A stretch of DNA of 64,000 nt, from NCBI GenBank assembly GCA_024137785.1, contig JAHRHZ010000051.1:19641388-19705387 (forward strand), read 5' to 3'. The stretch comes from Ginglymostoma cirratum (taxonomy: Eukaryota). Made by a program: the position numbers and the translations under genes. Shown here piece by piece: positions 12,551-25,935 of the stretch (position 1 is its first letter; each line of letters begins with the position of its first letter). Under the pieces are notes generated by a model. That model ran no database searches and had not been told where the DNA came from. It saw only the letters and a list, made by a program, of their open reading frames with translations.

Positions 12551-13109
12551 TCTTGTTATCTGTGTCCAGACATAATGGATTACTGTGTGCAGCTAATTGA
12601 GAAATTCAGACAGCCTTTTTAAATGGCCCACTTGATTTTCCTTCGAAACAATTAAATGGCCACAGAATTTCACACAGCTTCTCGTGGTCTCCAATCGAAC
12701 ATTTTGTGCAAAACTAGTGGGGAATTCTCAATGAAATGGCCTTTTTCAGCCACGCGTCCTAGAATTACCAGTTTAGTTTTCATGAAACTGTGAAGCTATT
12801 GTGGTGCAGAGGATATCGTTGATTCTGTACCAGAAGCTCAGTGGTTCCTGGGCCACTCCAAGACTTAATGGCCATGGAAGGGGTACTCATAATGTTTATT
12901 AATCTCTCAGTCCTTTCAATACGATGGTGGCAGGTATAAGATCAGGAGAGCCACCTAGTCAGCTGCCTTGATGCTGTGGTGCCCCTCGCATGATAGCCCC
13001 TAGCAATGGGCTAGTGACCTGTTCCCAAAAATTGAATTTTGGAAAGAGACAAGCATGTGCCTCATCAGTCCCATGTGTCGCAGAAAAGCATCTGAACACA
13101 ATCTGAACA

Positions 13110-13560
13110 AAAGAAGCAAGAACTTGCATTTGTATAGCGCCATTAACATAGCAAAACATCCCCCTGATGTTTCACAGAAGAGTTATCAAACAAAATTTGA
13201 CATTGAGGATGTATGACAACAGGTGATCAAATGCTTGGACCAAGACATAGGTTTTGCAGAGCATCTTAAAGGAAGAAAAGAAAATACCATGGTTGAGGGA
13301 GGGAATTCCAGAACTCAGCCTAACAAATAAAGGCACAGCCGCCAGAAATTAAAATCAAGATTTCGATGAACCCAGGCATCTCAGACAATTCGGTGGCTGG
13401 AGGAGGTTGCAGAAATGGGAAGAGGCACAGCTATGGCAGTATTTGAAAACAAGGACAGGGATTCTAAGACAAGGTTGTTACTTGACCGAGATCCAATGTC
13501 AGGCAGTGAGCACGGGGGTGGTAGGTTAGCAGGGCTTGATGTGGACAAGGATATATACAG
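13110..13560 (-). mobile_element. L2 LINE 3' fragment
   Basis: aacttgcatttgtatagcgcc...catcttaaagga...gagggaattccaga; reverse of the L2 tail. Confidence 0.7.
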
Positions 13561-14579
13561 CAGATTTTTTTTTAATGTTCCTTTTAGGCAACATGGCTGT
13601 GCAGCTGCTTGGAGGGTCTGCACTCACTGATCAATGTGTGTGCTCACTGACTTCCAATTCTGAAAGTCACCGCCACCCACTGACATCAGAGGTCCACACT
13701 GCAGCAGGAAAACTTCAAGGGAGGTTTTGGATGATCACAAGATTGCCAACACTATTTGAACCATAGTCAGGCAATGATAGTTTGTATTGTGTTGAAGTAT
13801 TTGTTTTATCAAAGACAGTTATCAAAACAGACAATGACGAATAAAGGATTGACATCAGGTTCACTTTGTTGTAGAGTAAAGGATAATATTGTCTGACAAT
13901 CAGTTAGACTGAATCAAGACATTTAATGTTGTTCTAAGTTTGGAAGTACAATGGAGAACTTGAAGCAGCAGCACTACAGATTAGCATTAATGCAAAGGCA
14001 TTAACTCAACCCACACAACCTACTGCATAGTATAACATGGACACCAAATGCAGAAAGAAGGAGCAAACTGCTCCAAGTCTGTTATATGTGATGGACCGTG
14101 GCACAATGCAACTTCCTGTCTGTGATTTATCACAAGTTGGAAATCACAACTTACTATGTTACATTACGAATTTTTCGAGGGTCAGAATTTGCCAGATAAT
14201 TGTAATGAGCCTCAAATGCCACACGTTGGAATATTATACACCCCAATCTTTGCAGTGGTGAATTTATGCCTGCATTTTCTGGAGACCTCATTAGAATGTG
14301 CCGCAGCAAGGAAAGTGGTGATTTTGTAGCATCACAGTCAATGACTAATGTATTGATTGCTTAATGCTAATGGGTAAAGAGCTAAGAACTTGTAGCAATC
14401 TCCAGTTAGGATATCGTGAGGCATGGAATTAATTATTTGGCTGTTTATCCAAAGTTAAAGGTTAAACATTAAAGCATACGTGATAAAAGCAAGCTGAGTA
14501 TCTGCTGAAAACCACAGGAATTTGATCAGAATTTGTGGCCATGAATTGTTCAGGAGGCACATGGGGACAAACCACTCAC

Positions 14580-15010
14580 ATATCACAAATCCGGTGTTCC
14601 ACATGGGGCATTCAAACCATTCAATCCCACCATCCCCAGCTACTTCATTGATATCCTTCATATGATCAGACGTGGGATTGTTCTCTGATGATAACTCAAT
14701 GTTCAACTTTGTTAGCAGTTTGTTGGATACAAACAGTCGGTGCTTACATGCAGCAATAAGTGGTTAACAGTCTGATTTGAACTGTCAAGTGCAAATTAGC
14801 ATTTCCATCACACAATGACTGTTTCCAACAAGATCTAATCTAACTTGACATTCAATGGCATTACCAATACTGAACTGTCCACTGTTAAAATTCCAGGTGT
14901 TGTTATCGTACAGGAACTTAGCTGGACCAGCTATATCAATGCAGTCGCTAGAAAAGCGAGTCTGAGGGAACTGTCTCCACTTGTCTGGGTGGATGCAACC
15001 CTAACAACAC
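14580..15010 (+). mobile_element. Old CR1-clade LINE RT fragment
   Basis: catccttca...tgatgataactcaatgttc...ttgacattcaatggcattacca...gaacttagctggaccagc. Confidence 0.55.
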
Positions 15011-16259
15011 TTCAGACTTCCAGGGTTGCATAAGTTAAACGGGGTTTTATTTATGTGGAGAGATACATTTTAGAAGTACTTAAGATATTAGACAACATGT
15101 GTACCGGTGAAACTGGTGAATGATTCAATATGGTGTTTCCAGGTCATTTATATAAATTTGTATTAAAAACACTCTTTTTGTAAATTAATTTATTTACAGC
15201 TGCTTTAATCAAACCACCAAGATATAACTCTTAAACCTCAAGTTTTTTTTTAACAGGAGAAGCATGAACAATCTGAAATATTTGACAATTCTGCTGGTTC
15301 ACAGCAAACTAAAATGCAAATGAGTTCGATCTGAAATTAACTTCGTAAATCAGAAACAGCTTCAAGTGCAGTTTGCGCCAAAGTAGAAACTTTATCCCAC
15401 GTGGTGAGTGCATTCAATTTTAACTGTGTTTATTCATTCGATTTTTTTTTCTTTCTTCAGTTGGAGTTCACAATCTTCACTACAATGTGTTCTCTGAAGA
15501 GAGAGGCCTTTCATTTGATGTGTAAACATAGCCACCTTCTTATTCCTGACTAAGAGCGTAGCATCTAGCACTGACATGGGAAAATTAAAATGGACACGTT
15601 TTAATTTAGCATCTTGTCCTCTGTTAATATGGGAAACTAAAGAAGCCAAAAGGTGGTCACCAGAAGAAGGTTGAGTTCTGTGGAAAAAGCTTTGAATTGA
15701 AGCAAATCTGCAGTGATTGTGATGAGCTAAAGGGTAACATAAGTCTGGCTGCAAATGTTTCCGTCATGGAAATCAAAATGAAAAAGAGCGTACAAGGTGG
15801 AACAAGCTGCAATCAAATTGTACCCTCGACTCACTGACTGGAACAAGACCAATCTCTCAGTGAAGAGCGCGTGTATTTAAAAAGCCTATGTTAAAAAGCA
15901 CAGCAAATAGATAGGTTTTTGCAGAGCAGGACACAGATAATAGAAGAGTACAATTCTAATATCCCAAATTGTTTGTTGCAGTAAATGAAATGTAGATGAA
16001 TACACAATACTTCAATGATGAGCATGATGCAATCGAGGGTTCCATTTTAACTGGGCTGTCAGATCTTTTCAAGCTGCTGTTTGATTCCAAACATCTTCCT
16101 AGTATATCTGCATCTGACATCAACCTTTCACATGGGCACTACGAGTCACGTCATACAGCAAATGCATACTAAACCTGCATTGTTTTTCTGTCCATGTTTA
16201 CTGAAAAGCTTTGCAACTGCAGTTCAAAATCACCAAACATTTACTTTGAAGCAAAGGAG

Positions 16260-16730
16260 GTCAGCCATTGCTCAATGGGTATCCATCAGAGGTAGATAGA
16301 CCAAATGCTGTGGATAAGCCACTCCAGAGACTTACAGTCATAGTTATAGAGTCCTGAAGCACTTGAGCTCATGAACCAGGTTGACCATCCCAATTTAATA
16401 AAGACAGAGCATTACACAGCTTGGGTGGCCCCGTCTGCCCTCTCAGAGGGATGACCATGACACCATTTTGAAGAAGAGGAGTTACCCCAAGTGTCCTGGA
16501 CAACATTCAGCTCTCAACCAATATCACAAGGACTGAACTTTCTGTTTTCATCACAAGAACAGATTTTTGATCATTATAACTTTGCTGTTTGTGGAAAATT
16601 CCTGCTCACGACCTGTCTATTATGTTCCTCCACTGCAACACTGATTACAATTCAAATGTACATTGGCTATAAAGCACTTAGTTATTTGATGTTCATGTAT
16701 AGTGTTGTATAAATGCAAGCCCTTCTTCCT
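16260..16730 (+). mobile_element. Deu-domain SINE (SacSINE1-like)
   Basis: ccactccagagactt head, ggccccgtctgccctctcag...tttgaagaagaggagtt...gtgtcctgg...ctcaacca core, gctgtttgtgg, L2-type tataaatgcaag tail. Confidence 0.7.
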
Positions 16731-16796
16731 ATTTAACAGAGTGCAAGGAAATTGTCCTGTAGCCTGACCAATGCTTAGCAACAACAAAAACATAAC

Positions 16797-19047
16797 GGCC
16801 TAGAAATTCGGAATAATAAATAATACTAAGTAATACCCATTTACCATCTGCTGTGCTGGAGATTCCTGGAAAGGGGCCTCCTATTACAAACTCACCCAAG
16901 AATCCTCTAATACAGAAGTTGGCAGAATTGGGATGGAGATTATGGCTGCTTTCATAGAATTGAGTGCTGTATTCTGAGCTTTAAATATCTGGCAGACAAT
17001 TTAGAAGCTTTTGTGAGGGAGTAAGAGTTCAAGTTAGGTGCAGGATGTTACAACTGAAGCAAGGAGGAGTAACAACTAACCTCTCTTTAAAGTCCCTCTT
17101 AGTCAAAGTCACAAAATGTACCTATCACACTTCCATTAAACTTAGTTAGTCTCATCAAAAATGATGAAGAGCATCTTCCAATGTTTTCTTGACAGAAAGA
17201 GAATGGCATTTTATTACCTATTATCTCAAAACAAATAATAAAACATGAAATCAGATACCAAAATAGGTAATAAGTTAACAAAAAAGTGCGGGGAAGGAAG
17301 GGTGTCCAGTATAAATAGGAGGGTAAAGGCAAATGCAGTAACAAATTTTAAAAGTCCCTTAGTTTGCAAACATGAAAAGACCTGAATCTAATTGTTTAGA
17401 TGCCTTCTTGCTTCCTCTGTAACAGCACAGCAGCAGACGGCCTGGAATTTTCAATGAATCAATGGCGCTATTCCAAGTTATTTCTCATTGGCTAGTTCCT
17501 GAACTCAACAGAGATTGAAAGACAGAGAAGAGCTTCCAGCATCCTTGCTGTTACCAGCCCACGTTGCTTATTCCGTCTCTTTTGTTGCTCAAAGTAACCT
17601 ACTAAAATATGGCTAATTTGCATATTCCTAATCTAGAATCATAGAATTCCGACTGTGTGGAAGCAGGCCATTCGGCCCATCGAGTCCACACCAACCCTCT
17701 GAAGAGCATCCCACCCATCCCTGCATTTCCCACCCTTGACACCATGAGCAATTTAGCATGGCCAATCCACCTAACCTGCACATCTTTGGACTGCGGGAGG
17801 AAACCGGAGCACCCGGAGGAAACCCACGCAGACACGGGGAGAATGGCAAACTCTACACAGACAGTCGCCTGAGGGTAGAATCAAACCTGGGTCCTTGGTA
17901 CTGTGAGGCAGCAGTGCTAACCACTGTGCCACCATGCCACCCCCTGCTCTGTTGTCTTCTACAAATAGAATACTCCACAGGGAACCTTCCATCTTCAGTA
18001 TGTGAAGTTAGCATGTAAGTGTGAGTAAAATGAGAAATGCAAAATTCTTGATGGTTCAATGAATTTCGTTGCTTCTTCATTAATATGGTAATACTGAAGC
18101 ATTCAGCTCTGTATATTCCATGAAGTTTACGGGGGATTGGGTAGCTTTCGTGGCAGCCATTTTAGATAAGTGGTGTCCTTTTTAAAACCATGTTTAGTCC
18201 ATGAAAGTCTCAGAAATTAAAGTGAAATGATCAAAGTTAAATATTCATGTTCTATTTTCACTACAATTGTAACTAAGTGTAGGTGGGGACTGGAGGTGGT
18301 AGGCTCATGGAGTTGGTGGGTGAGAGGTCAGGGTGTCTTGCCAGGTGCTCGGGTAACAGATAGGTGAGAGAGTTGGGCGTCAGCATGGTGAGAAAATAGG
18401 GTGCCAGCTTGATGAGGGGGTTAAAGTGCAAGGTGGGTGGGGGATTATTAAGTCAATGAATGCTTCAGGTAGGTCAAGGAGTTATGTCAAGTCCAGATGG
18501 CTATCTTTTCCAGCGGAGTTGGGTTCCAGATCTGGTGGCATTAGGTTTAAATCAGGAATGATGCCGGGTGCAGTAGGGTCAGATCAGGAGAGGATGCCAC
18601 ATCTGGGGGGATTGGGTCAGTTGTGGGTTGGGGGAAGTGGGGTGGGGGTGTTTTACATGTCTAGGAGCCTGACTGGGTCAGATGTTGATTCCAGTGGGTC
18701 AGGTCAGCTTAGATGGTGAGGTAGAGGAGGTGAGTCAGGAGTGGAGAGGGACTATTGTCAAGTTTAGCTGGTGTACTTGGAACGGAGGTCAGTAGTGAAT
18801 CAGGATTTCAGTTCATTACTCAGGAATTACAGTAGGTTTTAAATTTTCTGGAATAACTGTTAAGGTTAGGCACAACAGAATTTAAGGATCTTTTTCAGAG
18901 GGTTTCAGGGGATTTACCCATCAGAATTTTCAATTTTCTGAGCAATTTACTTGGAATCTGGTGCTTTGAGATTTCCACATGGTCCTGATGCATAGCTCTA
19001 GTCTCCTCTGACGCAATGACTATCCAGCTATCTAAAATATCTGGGCC
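16797..19047. mobile_element. Possible degenerate Harbinger-type non-autonomous element(s) containing a SINE and a G/T-rich tract
   Basis: ggcctagaaatt at 16797 versus aatatctgggcc ending 19047 (10/12 inverted match); a second TIR-like ggcctggaattt lies near 17439. Confidence 0.35.
17634..17941 (-). mobile_element. HE1-type SINE
   Basis: Reverse complement of 11269-11571 with a (tagaatca)n tail. Confidence 0.92.
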
Positions 19048-19609
19048 AATATTTGATCATCGAACCAATAGCTGTTTATGTAAGATTATTGAGAGCAAAT
19101 TGTATTCCTTGCTACTAACTTGCAGCAATGGCTGTGAGACACTCTGAGACTCCCTGAGATTGTGAAAGGCATGATGTACATGCAAGTCTCTCTTTCTTTC
19201 GTGATTCCATTGCGTTGTAGCTTTAACAAAGGCAGCTTCAGTTGTTTTGAAGGGGTGGCAGCCAATGGTATCTCGTAGGAACACAGCAAGAATCTCTCTA
19301 GTAGCCTGATCCATCTAAGAGTCACCTTCCACTTCTTTCAGGCATGTTAACCATGAAGGAGTTCCATCGGGAAATCCTTTTCCTCTCCGTAAATGGAACA
19401 GATAGCAAAAAAATTAAACATCACCTGGCTCACAAAAGTTTTGAAGCCAGCCGGGGAGAAAAAGTTAACAAGAAAGAGGCCCAAGGAATGGCTGTAAGTT
19501 CCTATCCATTTTGATCCTTCTGTTTGAAAGGTCTGCTGGGTACCAAGCCTCCTGGTAGGTGTCGTCGGGGCACAAGGAGGCCACAAGGTGTATGGAGCTC
19601 AGCTTTAAG

Positions 19610-20135
19610 AATATTAGAAATACAAACAGGTGAAGGCCATTCAGCTCTTCAAACCTACTCTGCCAGTCAATAGAATCATGGCTGAGCTGAAATGGTCTTC
19701 ACTTCACTTTCTCACCTGCCACCCGCACCACCCACCACCCCCCACCCTGATAACTGATGAATAATTTTGTCAACCAAAAGTCTGTCCAATGTAACCTTGA
19801 ATATATTCTTCAATCCAGCCTCCACTGCTCGCTGGGAAAAATATGTCCAAAATTCCTCCTCATCTCTGTCTGAAATGGGAGACCTTCTATTTTTAAATTG
19901 CTCCCCCTTGTTCTAGACTCCCCCACAAGGAGAAACATCTTCTCAGCATCTATCCTTTGAAGTCTGGCTCGGGATCTTAGATATTCCCATGTTATCACAT
20001 CTCGTTCTTCTAAGCCAATGAACAAAGGCACAACCCGCTGAACCTTTTCTCATAAAAGGAAGCCTGTCATCCCAGGAACCAACTATCTCATGAAATGGTG
20101 GAACAATACTTCTATGGCAGAATGGCCTCCACCTG
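19610..20135 (-). mobile_element. CR1 LINE 3' fragment
   Basis: ORF 19810-20031 IDAEKMFLLVGESRTRGSNLKIEGLPFQTEMRRNF is the CR1 ORF2 C-terminus. Confidence 0.8.
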
Positions 20136-20729
20136 TTTCTACCTTCCTAACACTTTTTTAAAATATCTGAGTGGAGCTGTAGCCTGCTTTGGATGGGATC
20201 ATCTAACGGCCCCTTCCTCAGTGCAGGGACCAATTTAAATTGTGAAACTGGTGCCGCCAAGTTTATTGGTCTTCACAATTAGCCTCTGCATGACCTATTT
20301 TAACAGAACTTTACATTGAAGCAAGCTTTGGCACAACTATGTAAAATTACATCTTATTTGGCTATTTTAATGCTGGCTCTCTTCCAAAACTGAGTGACAC
20401 AAAAACAGCAAGTTAATTATATGTAAATATGACTTGTGCTGCTTTTATTATATCTTATTATAAGTACCTGCTTGGCTCCATAATAGCATTCTTATGTCTG
20501 AGTCACGAGGTCATGAGTTCAAACCTCAGTCCAGGACATAATCCAACTGGCACTTTGGTATACTGCTGAGGGAAAGTACACGAAAATGGCAGATAATGAT
20601 TGAAAAGAAAGACTATCTCTTTCCCCACTGTCTTTCAATCATCATCAGTTCCTTGATGAACAACCATTTTAGATTACCAGGATCATCACTGGGCCATTTA
20701 TTTCAGAATATGATCTCCAAAACGAGGAC

Positions 20730-21060
20730 ATAGAGTTATCGAGTTATACAGCATGGAAACAGACCCTTAGGTCCAACCAGTCCATGCCAAACATAATCCC
20801 AAACTAAAACTAGTCCCACCTGCCTGCTCCTGGCTCACATCCCTCCTAACCTTTCATATTCACATACTTATCTATGAGTCTTCTAAACATTGTAACTGAG
20901 GCCACATTCAGAGCTTCCTCTCGAAGTTCATTCTACATGCAAACCACCCTCTGTAAAAAATTTGCCCATCGTGTCTTTTTTTAAATCTCTTCTCTCACCT
21001 TAAAAATATGCCCCCTTGTCTTGAAAACCCCCATCTAAGGGAAAATACACCTACCATTAA
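20730..21060 (-). mobile_element. CR1 (HER1-like) LINE 3' end
   Basis: catagag...cagcatggaaacagaccctt...tagtcccacctgcctgc...accaccctctgtaaaaa. Confidence 0.8.
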
Positions 21061-21229
21061 CTTACAGTTCATAGTTTCTCTTCATACAGCCCCATCTTAT
21101 TCCAACTCCACATTACGCAAACTCTTTCATTTACTCAGCTTTTTAGAACAATGATCCAGTGTTAAGGGCCACTCATCAGATTGTTTGAGAACTGAAAATA
21201 CCTGTCAGCCCCTGTGCAAAGCAAGACGT

Positions 21230-21415
21230 CTAAAAACCTACATTTATATCGTTCTGTAATGAACATAACAAAACAATATTTCATCTGAACACTATTATCA
21301 TAACATGACAATGAGCCAGGAGATATTGGAACAGGTGAGCAGAACCTGGTCAAAAGGTTTTAAGGAGTAATTTAAAGGAGAGCTGGGGAGTTTTTAAGGA
21401 GGGAATTCCATAGCA
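21230..21415 (-). mobile_element. L2 LINE 3' end
   Basis: aacctacatttatatcg...ttggtcaaaaggttttaaggag-type motif...gagggaattcca. Confidence 0.6.
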
Positions 21416-21627
21416 CAACATGCATGCCACAAATCCTTTCCTACAGTTAATTGTATTGTTTCTACACTGCCTTCCAGCTCCATCTTGGATAGTGGAACCT
21501 AAGTCATACCTGGAAATGCTCAGGCTATTGGAATTGATGCCATGTAGAACGTTTGCCAGATTTAACATGTCAAAACTAGTTGCAACTCCTTCAAGTAATG
21601 GAGCTAGTAGGAACAGCCAATGCTTCA

Positions 21628-21723
21628 TTTTCTGAAGAAGGGTCCTGACCCAAAAAGTCAGCTTTCCTGCTCCTCTGATGCCGCCTGGCCTGCTGTGTTC
21701 ATCCAGCTCCACACCTTGTTATC
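21628..21723 (+). mobile_element. Solo arm of the Penelope-pLTR hairpin family with a mutated hammerhead core
   Basis: ctgaagaagggtcctgacccaaaaagtcagctttcctgctcctctgatg...acaccttgttatc, homologous to the arms at 44354-44449 and 60076-60159. Confidence 0.85.
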
Positions 21724-22149
21724 CTTCAAATGAAGGTCTTCATTTTGTCAGAATACAGGATCTGCATCAAATTTATTGGCATATGCAGGGGCTTAGTGAC
21801 TGAATCATACACACATACTCATTCAATCATCTCTTTTATAACCTAACTGTGAATTAAAAACCATCAGTCCCACCACTGGCTCAAAACCAGAACTACACAA
21901 TCCAGTTATTCAGGTGTCCATTACACAACACCTAAATTTGCTTCAGATCCAAGCCTATGGCCACCATACTTCATTTGTTGACCACTAGCTCCTTATTAGG
22001 CCAATTGTTGCCACATCAGACTAAAAGTTCCCAGAATGGAGTTGAGAAACATGTTAGCCATGATCAAATGGTGGAGCAGCCTTGGTGGTCTGAATGGCCT
22101 AATTCTGCTCCTATATCTTATAAACTTATCATCTTATAGCAAGGAGACA

Positions 22150-24130
22150 CAGAATTCCTAATCCTTGAAAGTCTATAAATAATGATCCTTCTTGATGGGT
22201 TCACCACATTCCAGTTAAATGGGTCCAACAGACAGCACTTCTCTGCTCTGGCTACATGTTTCTGATATCCAGTTTCAGATGGCTTCTAGGGTTCTAATGA
22301 TCCTTTGCTAATCTAAATCTCCCAGATTATGCATTAATTTTGTGGCCTGGCTTGTCCCTCTCACATATTCCAGCTTCCAGCATTCCTCTTCAATTTGCCA
22401 ACAGTGCAGCACATCACAAATACTGGAAATTGAGCTTGCTTTTCTGAATTGGGGAATGTGGTGAATTCAACTGAATGTGCCAATGCGGAAACAACAGGAA
22501 ATGCTGGTTAACCTTCTTTCCAACATCATATTCCATTAACTTGTTTGATTTTGGACGCCTAGGATAGTCGTCATGCAAGCCTGTTGCTCATCCATCATTT
22601 TGCATTAAATAAAAGCGGGACCCAAGAGCTCTTCAATAATTTCTCTTAGATTCTTATTGTCAGTTCTGACTGCACTCTTTGAAACAGTAACAGGTAATGA
22701 ATCTTCTCAGCCATGCCACCTGTCTCCATAGGTGAATACTCTTTTTGCTTCCTAATTAGCCCCGTTCCTTCTTTTACTGTCTTTTTTCTATTTACATGCT
22801 CATAGAAGAAATTGGGAATCTCCTTAGTGATAGCTTCCAGTGTGTACTCATTATCATTTTTTGCTTCTCTTACTTACTTTTATTTACTTCCCCTCAAAAC
22901 CCTTTGTATTCAGTTTGGTTCTTAATTATATTTTCTGCCTGAAATCATGAAAAACATGCTTCTTCTTTATTTTGATTCCCTCTTCTCTTCCATTCAAAGC
23001 TCTCTGGATTTCAACTTTTATTTTCTACTTTCCTACCTTTTTACTACCTTTCCCTTTTGAGAGAATATATCCTGTGTGTCTGAACCATCTCCTCTGAAAG
23101 TAGCCCATTGCTCAGCTATTGGTTTTCTCACCAACTTTTGTTTTCAGTCTATCTGACCCAGCTCCATTCTTGACCCATTGACATTGGCTCTCCCCCATTA
23201 AAAATTCTTACTCTGGATTGCTGACTATCCTTTTCTACCGTCATCGTAAACATTATGATAAAATGATCACGATCTTCTAAGTGTTCCCCCATTGGCTTTT
23301 GAACTGCCCGGTCCACCTCATTCCCAAGAAGCAGGTCCAATAGTCTGCCCTTTTCTTGTTGGACTGAACAGACATTGTTGTCAGAAATTATCCTGAACAC
23401 AAACTAAGAACCCTTACTCATCCTTGTCCTTTACATGACCAGTGCATAGTTAGATAATAAAAGTCCTCCATTGTAGCTGCTCTGACATGTTTACAACTCT
23501 CTGTAATTTCCTGGCAGATTTGTTCTTCTATATCTTTCCCACAATTTGATGCTCTGTAGATTACGCATAGCAATGTACTGGCATAACTTTTGTTACTTAC
23601 CTCTAGCCATATTGATTTCACTTTTGATGTTTCTGCGACATTCTCATTCTCTGGAGCTGCAATGATCTCCTTAACCAATACCACCATTCCTCTTCCTTTT
23701 CTTCCTTTCCTGTCTTTTCTGAAAACCTTGCACACAGGAATATTTAATTCCCAGTCCTGCCCTCACTTGAGCCAGCTCTCTGTTATCGTGACAACTTCAT
23801 AATTCTACACAAGGCAATGGTGCCAGCGACTTCCCAATCACTATACTCCACACATACACAAAGGCTAACCCTGATTCGGATTTCATCAGCTTCTCTCTTG
23901 CTCTGCCTTCACCTTTTAGCTTACCATTCTTTATTCTAGCGCTTTCTATCTCTCCTGATACTCTGCGCACCCTAGTATCTCTCTCAGACATTCCCTGCTG
24001 GTTCCCACACCCCTGCCAAATTCGTTTAAAGCTCCTCCACTGCCCCCTTAACAGCACTAACAAAAACACCTTGCAACAAGGTTAGACCCAGCTCCATTCA
24101 GGTGCAGCCATCTGACTTGCACAAGTGGAA
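22150..24130 (-). mobile_element. CR1 LINE ORF2 fragment (APE endonuclease and tether)
   Basis: ORFs 23418-23735 KVFRKDRKGRKGRGMVVLVKE...SIWLEV...VIYR and 23149-23400 LLDLLLGNE...MGEHLEDRDH; typical CR1 endonuclease motifs, frameshifted. Confidence 0.88.
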
Positions 24131-25226
24131 GCAGGATATCAGAAACCTGCCTTAGCTCCAGGTATATCTGGTTCTCACCCACCCCACCCCCATGTTTCCA
24201 CTTTATGCACCCACATCAGCATAAAACATCCCTAGTTCAAGTATAATTTCCCTTTAAACTGCCTTAATAAGGCACTTTAATCCAACTTCACAATTACAGT
24301 TATCACTACATGAGTGTGACATTTCCATTTCTCACATCAGTTACCTTTATGGCCTCCCTGAGTACGATTGGCAATTTAGTACTAATTTATGCCAAGTTAT
24401 GTTCATTTTTGTAATGTGGTTCCTGTGCTCAGTGGGAGATAGATTAAAGCTCATTTCACTTAGAAATCTTACAGCCATCGGAAAAAAGAAGACTTTCCTC
24501 CCATTAGGCTGGGCTGAATTCAAATGCCTTCTCCATTTTGGATTTGGAAATTAAAGCAACAGGGCTTCCAGGGCACTGGTATAAAAGGACATCAAAGCCA
24601 GTAAGCACAAGTGTAAATCCACCCGAACAAACCTGGGTCCGTGAGACTACAGTTATGGAAAGTGACTAAAGAGATAGGACCGAAAATCAACCTGATGTCT
24701 TCCAACAGAGGGCAGGGGAATCATCAGAAAATTGCTGTGGCAACAGCAACATTGACCAAGGCCCAGTTGCCAATCAAATGGTCAAGAAAGGCTTACATTT
24801 CTATAGCCTCTTTGACATCATCAGGATATCCCAAAATGACTCACAGCCAATTAAAAATTTTTTGACGCGTGGTCGCTGTCATAAGTTGGAGATGCACAGC
24901 ACCACACTCATCATGTTCCCCACTGAAATCTCCTTATCTCTCCTTAAGGCTATAGGCCAAGTTCTTAAAAAAAGAGATTAGCATAGATAGAAGCTGGATA
25001 ACTGGCGATGGATCAAAGAGCCACTTACATTGCTGTAAATAAGCTATGACTCTATGACTTTAAATATTGAGGGCCAAAGGTTTACTCATGCTGAGTGGTT
25101 GCAGTTGACTTGGGGTGATAGCAGTTTCTTTAGCTGACATACTATTGTGCAGCTTTTACCAGCTGCTTCCAATTTAAACCACTCACATGGCCATTGGATC
25201 ACTTCATGCAGCAAATTCAATTGGTC

Positions 25227-25935
25227 ATAGACAATAAGGACTGCAGATGCTGGAAGCCAGCGTCTTTAGATGTGAGGCTGGAAAAGCACCCTAGGTCAGA
25301 CAGCATCCAAGGAGCAGGTGAGTCAACATTTCCATATTGCATCCATTGCTCTCAATGTGGTCTCCACTGTATCAGGGCAACACAAACACAGACTCGAGGA
25401 TCGGCTCACGGAGCATCTGTGCTCTGCAAGAACCAACCAACCTGACCTTCCAGTTGCCATCCATTTTAATTCCCCCCCCCACTCCCCTGATGACATGTCT
25501 ACCCTTGGCCCCTCCACTGTCAAAGTGAGGCCAAATATAAACTGGAGGAACAACACTTGATGTTTTGCTTTGGAAGCTTACAGCCCAATAACCTTAACAT
25601 TGACTTCACCAGCTTCAAAATCCCTCCATCCCCAGCCCTTAACCCATGTCCAGCCCTCCCCCTCCTAACCTGACCTAACCTGTCCATCTTCCCTTTAACC
25701 TGTCCACTCCACCCTTCCCACGGACCAATCACAACAACCCCCTACATGCATCCACCTATCACCATCCCTCCTAACCTTCCCCCAGACCCACCCCGTGCCC
25801 CACCCCCCACCCCCGTTCATTTCTGGGCTCCCCTCCCCCTCCCCAGGCATGATAAAGGGTTTCGGTCTGAAACATTGACCCACCTGCTCCTCGGATGCTC
25901 TCTGACCTGCTGTGCTTCCCCAGCCTCACATTTAT
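25227..25935 (+). mobile_element. Penelope-like element with inverted partial pLTR, GIY-YIG fragment and about 14-bp TSD
   Basis: YCIHCSQCGLHCIRATQ / HRLEDRLTEHL...LPVAIHFNSP GIY-YIG; 25265-25332 is an inverted copy of 25869-25935; flanks aaattcaattggtc (25213-25226) and aaactcagttggtc (25936-25949) match 12/14. Confidence 0.88.

Noticed and set aside
15257-15525. Two-exon plus-strand gene end (15257-15403 plus 15461 onward)
   Set aside because: All three frames of the first segment contain stops and the implied intron is only 57 nt; peptides are unrecognised.
17602-18080. Recurrent peptides such as MANPPNLHIFGL and MAQWLALLPHS as a gene family
   Set aside because: Translations of HE1-type SINE copies, not genes.
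25740-25845. G-quadruplex-prone tract as a host regulatory site
   Set aside because: The C-rich tract is part of the Penelope 3' region (a similar tract lies at 5005-5035); nothing indicates a locus-specific role.
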